The notes: a model not told the origin generated them from the letters alone. DNA of 64,000 bases from Chiloscyllium plagiosum (GCF_004010195.1 NC_057711.1:70126944-70190943), one strand, 5' to 3'; counted from the stretch's first letter, positions 11,985 through 26,579 are shown. Numbers and translations: made by a program.

Positions 11985-12930
11985 TGGCTAAGACTGTTGC
12001 AAATGCTTTGACCTTTTCTTCTGCATTGATATGTTGAATTTCCCCATCATTTATGATGGATATTTGTGGAGCCTGCTCCTCTGGTGAGTTGTTTAATCAT
12101 CCGTCACCAATGATGATTGGATGTGGCAGGACTGTAGAGCTCAAATCTTATCCATTGTTTGTGGGATTGCTAAACTTTGTCTGTTGCATTCTGTTTATCT
12201 TGCTTGGCATTCAAGTAGTCCCACACTGTAGCTTTACTAGTTTGTATCTCATTTTTATGTAGGACTGTTGTTGCATGCTGTTTTACACTCTTCATTGTAC
12301 TAAGGCTGATCCCTTGGCTTGATGGTAATGGTATGGTGCAGGATATGTCAGACCATGAGATTACAGATTTTAGGTGAATATAATTCTGCTGCTTCTGATG
12401 GTCCACAGTAAGTCATAAATGTCCAATCTTGAGTTGCTAGATCTGTTTGTAATCTACCCCTTTCAGCAAAGAGTTATTGCCAGAGAATCGTGGTGGATTT
12501 CTCAATGTGGCTTCATCTCAAAAAGGACTGCATACTCGTCACTCCTACTGGTACTGTCATGCATAGATACATCTGTTCCATTTAGACTGGGGGAGAGGGG
12601 GGGCATGAAGTCAAGTACATTGGGTTGCTCACTGCAGGCCTAGTCCAGCAGTAATGTCCTTTAGGTCCCAGCCAGAGTGGTCAATAATAGTGTTACTGAG
12701 CCACTTTTAGAAATTTTGACATTGATGTCCCTTACCCAGTGTTCAGCCAATGCACTTGTCACTCTCAATGCACCTTCCACGTGATATTCAAATTGTCAGA
12801 GCACAGGTTCATCAGCTGAGTGGAAGGCAATAGGTGGTAATCAGCAGAAGGTTTCCTTGCCCATTTTTGACTTGATTCCACGAGACTTCATGAGGTCTGG
12901 AATCAATGTTGAGGACTCCCAGGGCAACTG
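11985..12930 (-). mobile_element. LINE family B endonuclease-region fragment
   Basis: Reverse complement resembles 29400-29960 (CAAGGAAACCT.CT.CTGATT..CA; CATGACAGTA.CA.TA.GAG.GAC). Confidence 0.7.
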
Positions 12931-12949
12931 CTTCTGAACTATTTCATCT

Positions 12950-13960
12950 ACTGGAGCAGGACATGTGCTCAGAAGGAATGGGTAGCCATCCCATCCCAGT
13001 GCCTACCAAGGTGACTTATGCCAGCGGATCATTCCAAGGAACAACTGGGGATCTCTGTGGGTTTCCTAAACCTTGTCTGACAAATGCACCTGAGAAATCA
13101 CTGACGCCAGCTTATATCCCTCCCCATGATGAGGAGAGTCAAGCTTGTGCAGTGGGATTCTCCACCATTGCTGCTTCCCTCAGGTTCCAGACATTATGGC
13201 TTGCACCTTTATTGCTATGACAGTGCCTTATCATAGGAAGGGTTTAGAGGGATATAAGCCAAGTGCTGGCAAATGGGACTAGATTAGTTTGGGATATCTG
13301 GTCGGCATGGACGAGTTGGACCAAATGTCTGCTTCGGTGCTGTACATCTCTATGACTCCATGTGTAGAGTTTATTAACATAACAGGCTTCCACTTCATCG
13401 ACGTTCAATTTATCTATGAGAATCAATGCCAGATTTTGGAAATCTGCTCCAGATACACTGGAAGCTGCAATGATGTGAACATACTAAAGAAGTTATAGAT
13501 AATTGCCTCTTTCCAAGGCCCTTGGACTACACAGGGGTGGCTGCACAGAGGAAAGATCTGCCTTGGTCCAAACAGAGCTGATGCCACCATTACAAAATAC
13601 TCTGCTGATGCAGAAAGGAGAGTTTTTTTGTTTGTTCATGGGATGTGGGTGTCTTTGGTGGTTTATTTCCCATCCCCAATTGCCCACGAATTGAATGCCT
13701 TGCTCGGCCATTTTATTGGGCAGTTAGAAGTCAACCACATTGTTGTGTTTGGAGTTACATATAGGTCAGACCATATTTAGAGTGCGATATGCGGTGTCCT
13801 TCACAGCTGGAGCTAGCAAAACAGGTGTGACCTGGTGACAGAGGAAATGGGGGATGGAGAACATTGCTTTAAAAATGAGGATGTGGATGAGGATCAGGAC
13901 ATTGACCAGGAAGTACATTCATAAATATATGATTGAGCTATGTGCAGTCAAGCATGAGAG
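12950..13960 (+). pseudogene. Decayed PIF/Harbinger (HARBI1-like) DDE transposase, interrupted by a CR1 tail (13243-13358) and a SINE (13622-13775)
   Basis: Fragments HPIPVPTKVT-YASGSFQGTTGDLCG and FINITGFHFIDVQFIYE...ILEICSRYTGSCNDVNIL resemble Harbinger motifs (ASGSFQ..GDL.G; NRKGFHS.NVQ; PGS.HD..IL). Confidence 0.75.
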
Positions 13961-16039
13961 GCCAGACAGAACATCAATTGAAACCCACTTCCAACATGGA
14001 TTATTTGAATTTGGACTTCATTTCATTGCATAACTTCGTGTTGGTTATAAGGCAAGCAGGCATAGCCAGTCCACAGTACATCTTAACCCATGTGTTTCTA
14101 CACTCCTGGAACTTTATTGTTGCTGAATAAATGTCTTCCTCTCCATATGATTATATGTGTGGTATTTTTGACTGATTCCACTTTCACGTATATGCACGAT
14201 ACAGATCTTCTTCATCATCAGGCAGGAAGCAGCAGCCAGTGAGATAGGGAAGTAACATTGTATGACCGTGAGACTGAGTGGCTTTTAAAGTTTCAGTTAG
14301 CATATAGTATATGAGTATTGTGCAGTGAAATCTCTCATGATAGTCAGTATGCTGGGAGAAATCCTGAGGTACCACTTTCTCACTCTTCCATCATTCATGA
14401 ACATTCAAAGTTTCAGAGTTTGTGGAGAGTTCTAAATTGCTCTGAAATGCTTAAGCATCTGTAGGACAGCATTTAACCTGAGAGAGGCAATGCTTTGTAC
14501 AGCTGCTTTTGGTAGCCCAATGCACTACGAGGGAAAGTGGAGATGTGAGCTGTCTATGATACACCTCCCAGGCTTGAGTGGCAGTGGACTGCATCACAAA
14601 GCTCATAAATAGAATAAAATGAATAGAATGTAATGGTTACCTGTAGAGATATATGGAATCATCACTGATAATGTGCTCTTACTCGCAAGATAAATATACA
14701 TGTGAATGATCTGTATGTATCTGAAAGGCAGGCTTTACAAGCATCCCTGTGCATTGTTTTCAGCCAATGTTTTGCCCACATTAAAGTGCAATGCCTTGGC
14801 TGCAGTCATTAATGATAATGTTTAAGGATCTATGATGTTTTATGCTGTTTGCAGTCGAGGTGTTTGTTGCTTGTGAGAAATTAGCAATACTGAGTTGCCA
14901 TCTTGGAATATCTGTGGAGGCTGTGCATTTCTCACATGCATAAGTGTGAATCAACATATATTTATAGAAGTACAAGATTATTTACAATGACCTTTCACCC
15001 TTGGCACATATGTGTACTCGGTAAGTTATTTTCTTCCTCTCCCTTCGACTACTGCAATCTTGACTTGTGCAACTAGGCTGGAGGGATCCTGCTCTATAGT
15101 TAGCCTTATTGTCCTGGAAGACTTGGCTCAGACCTAGAGGTTCTCCTGTACAGATAAAGGCTCATCCACCTTGGCTTGAATCTCTGCAGCTTAGTCTTCT
15201 CAGGCATGGTGAGGTGGAGAGGCTGGTACTCCGGAGTGCCCTGAGAGGAAGTTTCTGTAGGTCCTGACTCTGGCTCCTTCTCTCTGTGCATGCACATTGA
15301 CATCACTCTGTTCCCCGCCCGAGTCAAAGCGCCTCATCCCCCTTTGCCAATGATGCTGAGTATCAATGGTCAGAGTAGAGTAATGGAGTCCACGTGCATG
15401 TACTGTAAATATTCAGCAAACATGTACATGAGGGTGCTAGACCTGAGTCTCAATGGTGCTCACCAACCTGTCCACAGATGCAGCCAGACATATGCATGTT
15501 AGAGCTAACATGGCACTGTAAACTTTGGTGGATTTCCTCCACCAATCTATCCAATTTACCATCCTGTGCCTGCCTGTGTATTTTGGCTAAGTTACAAAGA
15601 GGAAAGACCATAGGATCATCTCCTGTCTGGGACTGAGCTGGTGCCTGGTCTCCAGCATTGCTCTGAGTGTCAGAGACCTGGGAGTTTCTTCCTTCACCAT
15701 CTGCGGAGACCCGCCAGTGATGTGCTCACCAGATTGTGCTCCTGATAGATAGAGAATGCCCCGAAGTGAGAGTCTCTGAGTTAGTGGCGGGTGTAGGTGA
15801 AAGCCTTGCCAATCTATCCTATGAAGATTGAGTGGCTTCCTCTCCAGTGTGGCTGATGGTTGGTAGTGGTCGCTTGTTCTTTGCATTGGTTCATAGGGTG
15901 CTACTATTGCCTGCATAAGAAAAGGGAAAGAATTAGCTGTGTGAAAGGGCGAAAAGCTTGTGCTGGTTTAAGATTGAGTTTGTACCTGGTGTTAATGGGA
16001 GAGCAGCACGATGAAGTTCATGTGGTTTTTTTTGTCCTT

Positions 16040-16185
16040 GGGAGTGTTCTTGTCTCCATTTGAGCAGTTGCTGTCTTTCTCAGTCAGCTCTAGCAATTTG
16101 CCCCATATAGGGTGAGGAGCCTAATGTCTGCCATACCACTGTCTGTTTTTGCCCCCTCTCCCCTGTTATAAAAGGTAATTTCCTG
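16040..16185 (-). pseudogene. Decayed exon of a Harbinger Myb/SANT-like partner gene
   Basis: After a tttctttgcag acceptor the minus strand reads EITFYNRGEGAKTDSGMADIRLLTLY, resembling the AHNRRE..KTGGG..DIR.LT segment; parallels 32130-32240. Confidence 0.45.
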
Positions 16186-16399
16186 CAAAGAAACAAAGAG
16201 AATGAGTGAGTATGACAGAAGTGGCTGGGAGAATCATGGTGGGTGGTGCATGGTTAGGAAGGCCATCCCAATTAGTACATAGGAAGCCTAGTGGAAGGAT
16301 GAGGTAGGTAATAACTATTGAGTATATATCAACATGTAATAGAGAGAGTGGCAGTCTGCAAGCCTTGGTGAGAGGTGTGTACAAAGAGATAGAGAAAGA

Positions 16400-16600
16400 G
16401 TTAGAGAACCTTGTGAGGAGCCAAGGAAGAAATTGCTAGGCCTGTTACTAAGATATCTAGATCGTGGATAGCCACTGGTGAGGTGCCAACAGATTGGAGT
16501 TTGGCCAATGCAGTGTCATTGTTTAAGAAAGGTTTTAAGTAAAAGCCAGGGAACTATAGATCGGTGAGCCTTATGTCAGTGGTGGATAAGTTATTGGAAG
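16400..16600 (+). mobile_element. CR1 family A RT fragment
   Basis: ATGEVPTDWSLANAVSLFKKG...PGNYRSVSLMSVVDKLLE. Confidence 0.8.
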
Positions 16601-18049
16601 AGATATCAAAATCTTCAAGAGAGTCTCACCTTTGTTAATCATCAGGAACATATGTATCAAGCACTGGAACAACTTTAGTGGACATGTTGCAATCTCATCA
16701 GGCTGCCAGCTCAACAAACATCTGGCGTTACCACAGGTTGACGAAACTGTGTAAAATAATTATTTGCAGTGGTGTCACATTCATTATAAAATGTAGTGAA
16801 AAGATTTAGCAAGAGACTATACCAACTTTAATGAAGACTTTAAAAAAATGTGAAAATCATTATTTCTTATAAAGTGTCTGAAATAATGAGAAATACATTA
16901 GAAAATATCATAAACATCATTGAAGAATTTGCAATCTTTTATTAATTATATGGAATTGAAGAAACACTTAGGGACTAAATTATTTCGAGTAGCGTGCTGG
17001 ATCGAATTGTTGTGGAAAATTCCTTTGTGTACAATTTTAATGCTATCATTAAGCCACTTAAGAGAATCAATTGGCTAGTTAATTTAAAATTAAGCTCCCT
17101 GGTAATGTATTACAAGGTCTTTCAAGGGATTTGAGGGCTTCACACTTGCAACAGCCTGGACTACATGTTTATATTCCTCATTCTTATAGATTTGGTTCTT
17201 GGCTATGTCCTGATTTGTTTAAATTCAAAGAGAGAATCCCAGCTTTTGGTGTTAAAATATATTTGGAGCTACATATAATAAGATCGCTTTAAAGGATAAC
17301 AATATGAGGTGGATTATTCATCTCATATTGGACCATCCATCCTGAAGCACCCTTTAGTCCTGTCATTGCAGAATCTGATTTTTTTTAAAAAATTCATCAC
17401 TTGACTGAAAAGGTCAGCGATCTATCTCTGTGTGAAAGGCTTCCTGATATCAGCCCTAAAGTTATCCTTTATTAGTTAACCCTATTCTTCTTATCCTATT
17501 TACATAACGTAACTTACAGCGATATTCTAAAACAAATCTTTTCCCTTACATGTAACATTATAAACTAATCTACACTTACTCTCCATTCTTTTTTAAAGCA
17601 CTAATTGTGACACTCTCAGTGAAATGCTTTTCCTCAGTAGCTGCTGAATGAGAGAGATAAACTGTATATAATGCTCAAAGAAATTCTGACAGACAAGAAA
17701 TGAATCTTAATCATTCACTTCCAAATGGCTTGATTATTCACAGCAGCAAAATTGTGATCCATTACCAACAATAATCAACATCAGCCACATTCATAGTGAC
17801 ATCTTATACTGTGTAATGCTTTTATTAAAAAAAATTGAATCTGCAAAGTGACAGAGATATCATTCACTCAGTTAATTTTCTTTTTATTCATTCATAGGAT
17901 GTGAGTGTGGCTTAATTAAAGGATTAAGATTGTACACAAAGGAATTTTCTACAGCCATTTGATCCAGTACACTTTTGGAAATAATTTAGTCCCTAAATGT
18001 TTCTTCAATTCCATAAAATTAGTAAAAGAATGCAAGTTCTTCAACAATG

Positions 18050-19555
18050 TCTATGATACTTTCTGGGCTTGCGTTTATTGCCCATCCCCCTACCGGCTCT
18101 TGAGAAGATTGGGGTGAGCTGCCTTCTTGAACCTCTGCAGTCCAGGTGCTGTATGTAGCCTCACAATCCATTATGGAGGGAATTCCAGGATTTTGATCCA
18201 ACGCCAGTGAAGGAACGATGATGTAGTTCCAAGTCAGGTTGGTAATTGACTCAGAGGAGAACTCAAAGGTGGTGGTGTTCTGATGTATCTACTGCTCTTA
18301 TCCTTCTAGATATGCTTGTAGGTTTGGAAGATGCTGTTTGAACAGCCTTAGTGAATTTCTGGAGTATATCTTGTAGATAGGACACACTGCTCCTACTGAG
18401 CGTCAATAATGGAGGGTGTAGATGTTTATGGATGCGGTGCCAGTCAAGCAGGTTGTTTTGTCCTGGATGATGTCAAGCCTCTTAAGTATTGGCAGAGCTG
18501 CACTCATCCAGACAAGTGGGGAGTATTCCATCGTAGGTGGTGACTCACTCACTACAGGATTTTTAGCCTCTGACCTTCACTTGTTGCCACTATATACATG
18601 GCAAGCCCAATTTAGTTTGTAATCATCGGTAATCCCCAGAAGTTGGATAATGTGAGATTCAAAGGGTTAGATTCTCTCTTATAGGAGATGGTAATAACCT
18701 GGTATTTGTGTTACTTACCTCTTTTCAACATAAACCTGGATATTGTCCAGGTCTTGCTGTATTTGGTCATGATCTGCTTCAGTACCTGAGGAGTCGTGAA
18801 TGATACTGAATATTGTACAATCATCTGTCGACATTCCCACCTTATGATGAACAGCTGACGATGGTTGGGCCGAGGACACTACCCTGATAAACCTTTGCAG
18901 GGATGTCCTGAAGCTGAGATGATTGATCTTCAACAACCACAACCATCTCCTTTATGCCAGGCTAGACTCTTACAAGTGGAGAGTTTGTCCCCTGGTTCCT
19001 ATTGATTCTAGTTTTGCAAGGGGTCCTTGATGCTACATCTGCACAAATGTGACCTTAATGTCAAGGACTGTCACTCTTATTTCCTTTCTGGGATTCATCC
19101 CTTTTGTCCATGGTTGGAAGAAGAATGTAACGAGGTCAATAACTGGGTGGCTCTAGAGGAACCAAACTGAGTCTCTATTGCTATGTGCTGCTCATTAGAA
19201 CTTTTTCTTGACCCCATACATCTCTTTACTGATGATTGACAGTAGACCAATGGGGTGATAATTGGTCCAATTGAATTTACATTGATGTGCTGGGCTGCTC
19301 CATCATTGATGATGGGACATTTGTGGAGTCTCCTTTTCCAGTGAGCTGTTTCATTTTCCACCACCATTCATGATTGGATGTGGCAAGACCTCAGAGCTTA
19401 AGTCTGATTCGTTGGTTGCGGAATCACTTAGCTCTATCAATTGCTGTTTATGCTGTATGGCACACAGTTAGTTCTGTTTTGTAGATTCACCTCAATTCTA
19501 GGCGTACCTGATGCTGCTCCTGGCATGTCCTTTTGCACTCTTTTTTGAACCAGTG
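18050..19555 (-). mobile_element. LINE family B 3' half (RT to tail), decayed
   Basis: ORF 18715-18942 (KVGMSTDDCTIFS...QQDLDNIQ) matches 9500-9630; tail GGGATGGGCAATAAA near 18075-18090. Confidence 0.85.
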
Positions 19556-19764
19556 TGAATCTGATTAAAATGTCTAAATGTCAGAAATTGGTAATGATAC
19601 AGTCAAACTCATTTACATATAATTTGTGCACATACATTTTTTAAATTCATGATTTATTCAAACACAAATTAAGGAAATCATAGTTCACTTGGATTGGTAC
19701 TACTTACACCTCAGGACTCAGTTACAGCCTTGACAAATAAACTGTTGTATATAAAGGTCATGTA

Positions 19765-20435
19765 ACAGAACATAAGAACACAACAAATAGGGTCAGGAGG
19801 AGGCCCTCTGGCCCATTGAGGCAGGTCCACCATTCAATAAGATCATGGTTAATCTTTTTGTGGATTCTGTTCCAGTGACTGCCCACTCACCATAATCTTT
19901 CATTCCTTTACTGTTCGAAAATCTATCCATCTTTGCCTTAAGAACATTCAGTGAGGTAACCTCAACTGCTTCACGGGGCAGGGAGTTCCAAGGATTCATA
20001 ACCCTTTTGGTGAAGAAGTTCCTCCTCAACTCAGTCCTAAATCTGCTCCCCCTTATTTTGAGGCTATGTCCCCTTGTTCTACTTTCATCCGCCAGTGGAA
20101 ACAAACTCCCTGCTTCTATCTTATCTATTCCCTTCATAATTTTATATCTTTCTATATAAATTCCCCTCTCATTCTAAATTCCAATGAGAGTTGTCCCGGT
20201 CTAATCAATCTCTCCTGATAAGTGAACCCTCTCATTTCCGGAATCAATCTGGTGAACTGCCTGTACATCCCTTCCAGTGCTAGTACATCCTTTTTTTCAT
20301 AAGGAGACCAAAATTGTACACAGTAATCCAGGTGTCACTTTACCAGCACCCTATACAGCTGCAGCATAATCTCCCTGCTTTAAAACTCAATCCCTCTAGC
20401 AATGAAGGATAATATTCCATTTGCCTTCTTAATTG
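19765..20435 (-). mobile_element. CR1-type LINE 3' fragment
   Basis: MKGIDK...LFPLADESRTRGHSLKIRGSRFRTELRRNFFTKRVMNPWNSLP. Confidence 0.9.
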
Positions 20436-22186
20436 ACTTAATTATGAAATGATTTTAAGTAGTTTCAATCCAATTGGCAAAGGACATGAGTACAACACTA
20501 TGTTCATCATTATCTTAGTTTGCAATCCCTTTCATGAAATCACAGAACGGCTTACTTTGGAAATAGAGATATGCCAAATGGGAGTTGTAGTTGTACTGCT
20601 GACAGAAGGGCAGAGGCAAAGTGGAAGAGACTGTTGCTGACACAGTTGGCCTAAAATGTTCCATACTTCATCAATGATACCCTTTACTGTAATGAACAAA
20701 ACACTTCATAGCAGAAAGTCATTTAATAAAGTTTGAGCTTACTCCACCCACTAAACCCTTACCAATCCCTGATATGCCCTTAACTGAAGTGTTTACAGCT
20801 TTCGAAGAGTAATGAAGGCAGGTAACATCATAGTCCATCTATCTTGACAGGGGTTATTGACTCAGATCTTTCAACACTGAAGTGAATTCATGATTTGTCT
20901 GCCCACTATCTAATCATGTTTAAATTTGCCAGAAGTAACACAATCACTGCATCTTTCAGATGGAGAGATGCAGAGGATGAAGTCAGCAAAGAGATCAATG
21001 TTTGCTTTGGTCAAAACAAAGCATCCTCAATAAAATGACAAATAGTGATACCAAGTATGCTTTTCTTTCGGATAATCATGTGAATTTTGTATTTAAGCCA
21101 AATGTCAGGAGCCAAGATTTCTGATTTCAATAAAGTTGCATGTTAAATTCAATACATAAAAGAAAAGGGACTGCTTTGTTCAAAAAAAGACCTAATACGT
21201 TCTGTCAAAGCACTAGAAATTGTAAAGGGTACTGCTCTAAATGTAGGATAGACATCAAAAAAATCATCTGAAGGTAGGAGGAGTGATGGCAGTGAATTTG
21301 ACACTGTCCTTCATTGTGGAGACTGGATTTATATCCACTTCATTGTGTATCCTTGATATTCTGGCTTTATATGTTCTGTGGGAAGTATCTGCTTGTTCAT
21401 ATAGTTTGAAAATTTTGTGTTATTAACATATGCTCACGAGCCACTGAACTCAGACTGTCCCAGACGATCTCACATAGAATCTTTACAGCAGAAACGTTCA
21501 GCCTATTAGCTTGCTGCTTCCCACTTTTGACTGGATGCAGATTATGACAGAGATAATTGAAATTGTTGGATCAGGAGAGCTGATATTTCTTAAGTCATAA
21601 CTTTCCAAACAAAGAAATCTATTGACTGAATTCTCCCTTTTTTTTTGAGAAATTTTTGTTTTGGAGAGATTCATAGCACTCAGTCCACAATAACCCATGC
21701 TGACTTTTCTCAAGCAATTTTCTGCTCTTCAGTTCATTAATCATGTATCCAGCCTACTTGGTGCCCAGTTCATAAAATCATACAGCAAGAGCTGTGGAAG
21801 TGTTCATTACTGCCGGGACTTGGTGACAATCAAACAGTTGGTGCCATATTCAAAACACGTTTGTACTACTTCAGATGCTGTAAGCCAAGAACTCGCTTTG
21901 CTGCTCCACCATGCTAACCCAGTAAATGGCTCAGAAATGGAAGTTGTCATTCCATTTCCCAGACAAGGATCTAGAGATGCTGATGAACAGAGTAGTACAA
22001 AGCAGACAACCAAAGGAGGCCATCTAATTAGATACAGCTCGCTTGGACAGAAATAGCAGCTCAGGTCAGTGCAGTCTCCATGGTTAAAAGTAATGTCCTG
22101 GCAGTATGGAAAGAAGGTTGTTAATGTCTGCATTCTGCAAGGGTAAGTGTCAACATTTTCTCTCCAGTATTCATAGGCCACCATGT

Positions 22187-23860
22187 AGAGTCATAGAATC
22201 ATACAGCATGGAAATAGACCCTTTGATCCAACTCATCAATGCTGACCAGACATTCCAATCTGACCTAGTTCCATTTGCCGGCATTTGGCCCATATGCCTC
22301 CAAACCTTTCCGATTCATATATCCATCCAGGTGCCGAACAAATGTTGTAATTGTACCCACCTCCACCACTTCCTCTGGCAGTTCATTCCATACACACACT
22401 GCTCTCTGTGTGATAAAGTTGCCCCTCAAGTCCTTTTCAAATCTTTCCCCTCTTACCTTAAGCCTCTAGTTCTGGACTCCCCACCCTGGGAAAAAGACTG
22501 TAGCTATTCACCCTATCCATGCCCCTCATGATTTTATAAACCTCTATAAGGTCACCCCTCAGCCTTTAATGCGCAGGGAAAATAAAACCCAGCCTATTCA
22601 GCCTCTCCCTGCAGCTCAAACCCTCCAGTCCCTGCAAAATTCTTGTTAATCTTTTTTGCACCATCTGAAATTTGATAACATCCTTTCTATAGAAGGGTGG
22701 CCAGGATTCCTATAGAACAGTGACACATTTTCCAAAAGTGGCCTCACCAATGAATTGTACAGCTTCAATATCTCATTCCAACTCCCATACCTGATATTAT
22801 GACCAATGAAAGCAAGCTTACCAAACACCTTCTTCATCCCTCTGTCTACCTGCCACTCCACTTTCAAGAAGTTGTGCACCTGCACCAATACTCCCCACAG
22901 TCCTATTATTAACTGTATAAGTCCTGCTCTTGTTTGCCTTACCATAACACAACACTTGACATTTATTTAAATTAAACTCCATCGGCCACTTCTCAGCATG
23001 TTGGTCCATTTGACCACAGTCCTGTTGTACCCTGAGATAATCTTCCTTATTGTCCATTACACCACCTATTTTGGTGTCATCTGCAAACTTACTAACCATA
23101 CCTCCTATAATAAGATCTAAATCCTTTTTATAAATGATGAAAAGCAGTGGACCCACACTGATCCTTTTGGCACGCCGCTGGTCTCAGGCCTCCAGTCTGA
23201 AAAGCAACCTTCCACCACCACTCTTTGTCTCCTCACTACAAGGCAATTTTTGTATCCAATTGGCGAGCTCCTCCCGGATCTCATGTGATCTTACCTTACT
23301 AAACAGTCTGCCATGCAGAAACTTGTCAAATCACAGAATGCCTATAATGCGGAAACAGGCTCTTTGGCCCAACAAGTCCACACCGACCCTCTGAAGTGTA
23401 ACCCACCCCAGACCCATTCCCCTATCCTGTGACTCTACATTTACCCTTGAGTAATGCGACCAACCTACACATTCCTGAACGCTATGGGCAAATTAGCTTG
23501 GCCACTTCACCTAACCTGCACATCTTTGGACTCTGGGAGGAAACCAGAGCACCCAGAGGAAACCCTTGCAGACGCGGGGAGAATGTGCAAACTCCACGCA
23601 GACAATCGCCCGAGGCTGGAATTGTACCAGGGTCCCTGGCGCTGCGAGGTTGCAGTACTAACTACTGAGCCACTGTGCCACCCCTGAATGCTTTACTGAA
23701 GTCCATAAAACAACATCTACTCCTCTGCCTTCATCAATCTTCTTTGTCACCTCTTCAAAAAACTCAATCAAGTTAGTGGGACATGAATTCCCATGCATAA
23801 AGCCGCACTGACTATCTCTAATCAGTCCTTGCCATTCCAAATGCATGTAAATTGTGTCCC
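22187..23860 (-). mobile_element. CR1 family A LINE 3' half, interrupted by a V-SINE
   Basis: GPLLFIIY...SKFADDTKIGG (RT catalytic motif), SQCGFMHGNSCPTNLIEFFEEVTK, and a (GACTCTAT)-type tail at 22187. Confidence 0.92.
23331..23684 (-). mobile_element. V-SINE (HE1-like) nested in CR1
   Basis: tRNA-like head (GGCACAGTGGCTCAGTAGTTAG), V-domain GTGGAGTTTGCACATTCTCCCCGCGTCTGC; CR1 sequence resumes on both sides. Confidence 0.9.
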
Positions 23861-24454
23861 TCAAAAAGTTTTTATATGTAACCCAGATCAGTTTAAGGGG
23901 ACATAAACAGAAGTTCAAGGGTCAGCATCAGATTTAGTCAGGAATCAAATGTCAGTGAAAGTGACTCCATGTTGTTGAATGGCAGTCAAAGTAGACGATT
24001 GCTAAATTCAAGCTGCTGGTCACCCTGAAACGTGAGAAGCAGAGGAAAGAAGCTCCAGGATAGAGATGTCAGTATTTTTAGCCCTCAGGCAATCAAGGCA
24101 TTGGAGTGGTCCTGAGGAGCTGAGAAGGCAGAAGAACATTGTTGACTTTGAGTTGGAGAGAGTTAGGGCTCAGACAAAGCCCTTTGGAATGCACAGTGTT
24201 CTTCTCATCTGGGTAGGTTGCTGAGATAACTGTAGGATCTGTCTTGATGACACGTGCTACTTGATGTGCTTGTTTGGGTGTTCAACCATAGTTTGTCTTT
24301 ACCTCCTATTTGCATCATGTTAATTCTGGATGATAAGAGTACATGCATATTATAAAGACAAAATCTTTATTTTAGTAACTTTTGATTCTGTACTGGATTG
24401 GAAAAGGACTGTTTTACAACAAAGGACCGAGGAAGGAATTGCTATCCATGAACT

Positions 24455-24600
24455 TTTTAACTTATTTCTTTTTTAAAAATTTTTGTACCTAAGATGACAT
24501 CAGGAATGGTGACATTGTACAATTTTCACTGTACTCCTGGACCCCTGTACCTGAGTACACATGACAGTAAAACCTAAATCTAATCTCAATCCAGTCTAAT
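24455..24600 (+). repeat. LINE-type 3'-end fragment (second copy at 46760-46915)
   Basis: Shared TTTTCACTG.AC...TACA..TGAC/GTAAC.A.TAAA.CCTAA.T followed by a short tandem tail. Confidence 0.55.
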
Positions 24601-24804
24601 CCAAAATTTACTGAAACCATTGTGGTGTTCACGTTGCTGCCTTGTTCAAGCAGCAGGAATAAATGTTTATAGACAGCACAAATCCGAGGATCTGTATATA
24701 AAATGAAATTGAGTCAGAAACAGGTTGCTGATTGATTTGTGGAGTTGTGACCAGTAGTGGATGCAAAAGGCCATTAACTTGACAACAACTATCATTTTCT
24801 ATTC

Positions 24805-25107
24805 AGAAGAATCCTTACAGTGTGGAAACAGGCCATTCAGCCCAACAAGTCTACACCAACTCTCTGAAGAGCATCCCACCCAGACTCACACCCCCTCCCC
24901 CCCATCCTATCCCAAGAACCCCACATTTTCCATGGTCAATCGACCTAACCTACACATCTTTGGACTATGGGAGGAAACTGGAGCACCCAGAGGATACCCA
25001 CCCAGACATAGAGAGCATGTGCAAACTCCACACAGTCACCAAAGGGTGGAATCGAACCAAGGTCCCTGTTATTGAGGCCGCAGTAGTAATCACTGAACCA
25101 CCATGTT
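24805..25107 (-). mobile_element. V-SINE (HE1-like)
   Basis: B box GGTTCGATTCC; collinear with the other copies. Confidence 0.88.
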
Positions 25108-26579
25108 GGCTCCTGGATAGATGAACAGTTTGTACATCTGAATGATACAGGCCGAAGCCTGCAGACTGCTACAAGGGACAAATGGTGTGTCCGTCTCTCT
25201 TCTATAAAATATCTTCAGGTTATTTTCTTCCTCCAGTTGCTGTAAGTTGTTGCTTTTAACCAATAAGTCAGAGACATTATAATTCATGAATTAATCACTC
25301 TGTGCCTCCTGTGGCGAAGATAGAAAACTGGAAGGAAAAGATCTGAGAACTGACATAAGAGAAACTCAGTTGAAGCTTGAGGGCTGGTGTTATTGAACTT
25401 CTTCCCCAGTATTTTTTTCCCTCCATCCATAACACCGGCATTTTTTGTCTCTGTTGGTCTGTCTGTATATATGTATAGGCATTTAGAAGAGGGTTAGAGT
25501 TTTAACTGAAGAGTTATACATTGGCAGTTCATAAGCATTTACCTTAGGTTAAAAACTATCCATCTGTAATGAATGGTTGCTCTTGTTAAATACAGAAACC
25601 TGCTCCATATTTTCTGTTAACGTGAGTCTATCGACAGGTAAACTGGAGATTTTGCACACTTTTCATTTTCAAACATTTTCAGTTTTTGTAATGAATCTGG
25701 CAATAGCAGGACTATCTGAGTGAGGCATGACAAGTTATTTTACTTGTCCAACTTTGTACGATAAAGTTTAATTTCTTTGTGCGAAATTGTGGAACCTTGT
25801 GGCTTTATTTTCTTTGGAAGTACCTGGGATCTCAAATTTCATCCACTTTAAACAAACAAAATATTTATGGTCCCTAACCAGGTCGTCACATCTAGTGTCT
25901 TGTCGGGGATCATAACATACACAACAGTATATGAGTCTGCCAGCTGCATAAAACTGCACAGCATACTCAACAAAATAGCTCTATGAAGTTGTTATGTAAT
26001 AATTATCAAAAAATACATTGAGTCACCTGTTTCTAGATTTCTTATGTTTAAATTATTTTCAAATAATAAGTACAAACACAATTGTTTATTTGAAGCTTGC
26101 CTTTTAGACAAATTTACAAAATGCTGCTTGAATTGTTGATGGTTGCTTTAAACAAAACAACATTTTGCTAGTTTACTGAAACAATTAAAAACTGAAGCAA
26201 ACATCAGCAAGTAATTGAAATGGAGCAAAAATCCATTTATTTTCAATTGGTCTTGAAACTACCCTCTAACATCCAAAAGAAAACATGGTTCAAATTAGTG
26301 CCTATTTTGTTTGGATTTCCGTGTCATTATTTCAGCATGTTGACAATAGAATAATGAAATCTGCTATAAAGTTCAGCTTAAAATCAACAAATATGGTGTT
26401 CCCTATTTTAGTGTCATTAGTCTATTTTAATTGATTATAAGTTTTATGAAAATGCCACAAGCCAGTGACAAATCTCGTGGCCATACATTTCTATGACATT
26501 CAGCAGAAATATAACCAAAGCAAAACGAGAGTGAATGCCGATGACCCAATAACTGTTTGACCTTTGACATCTTCCTCAG

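Noticed and set aside
3443..26579. Upstream PRDM6 exons or another host gene
   Set aside because: No exon with PR-domain N-terminal sequence was recognised; short ORFs here are repeat-derived or random.
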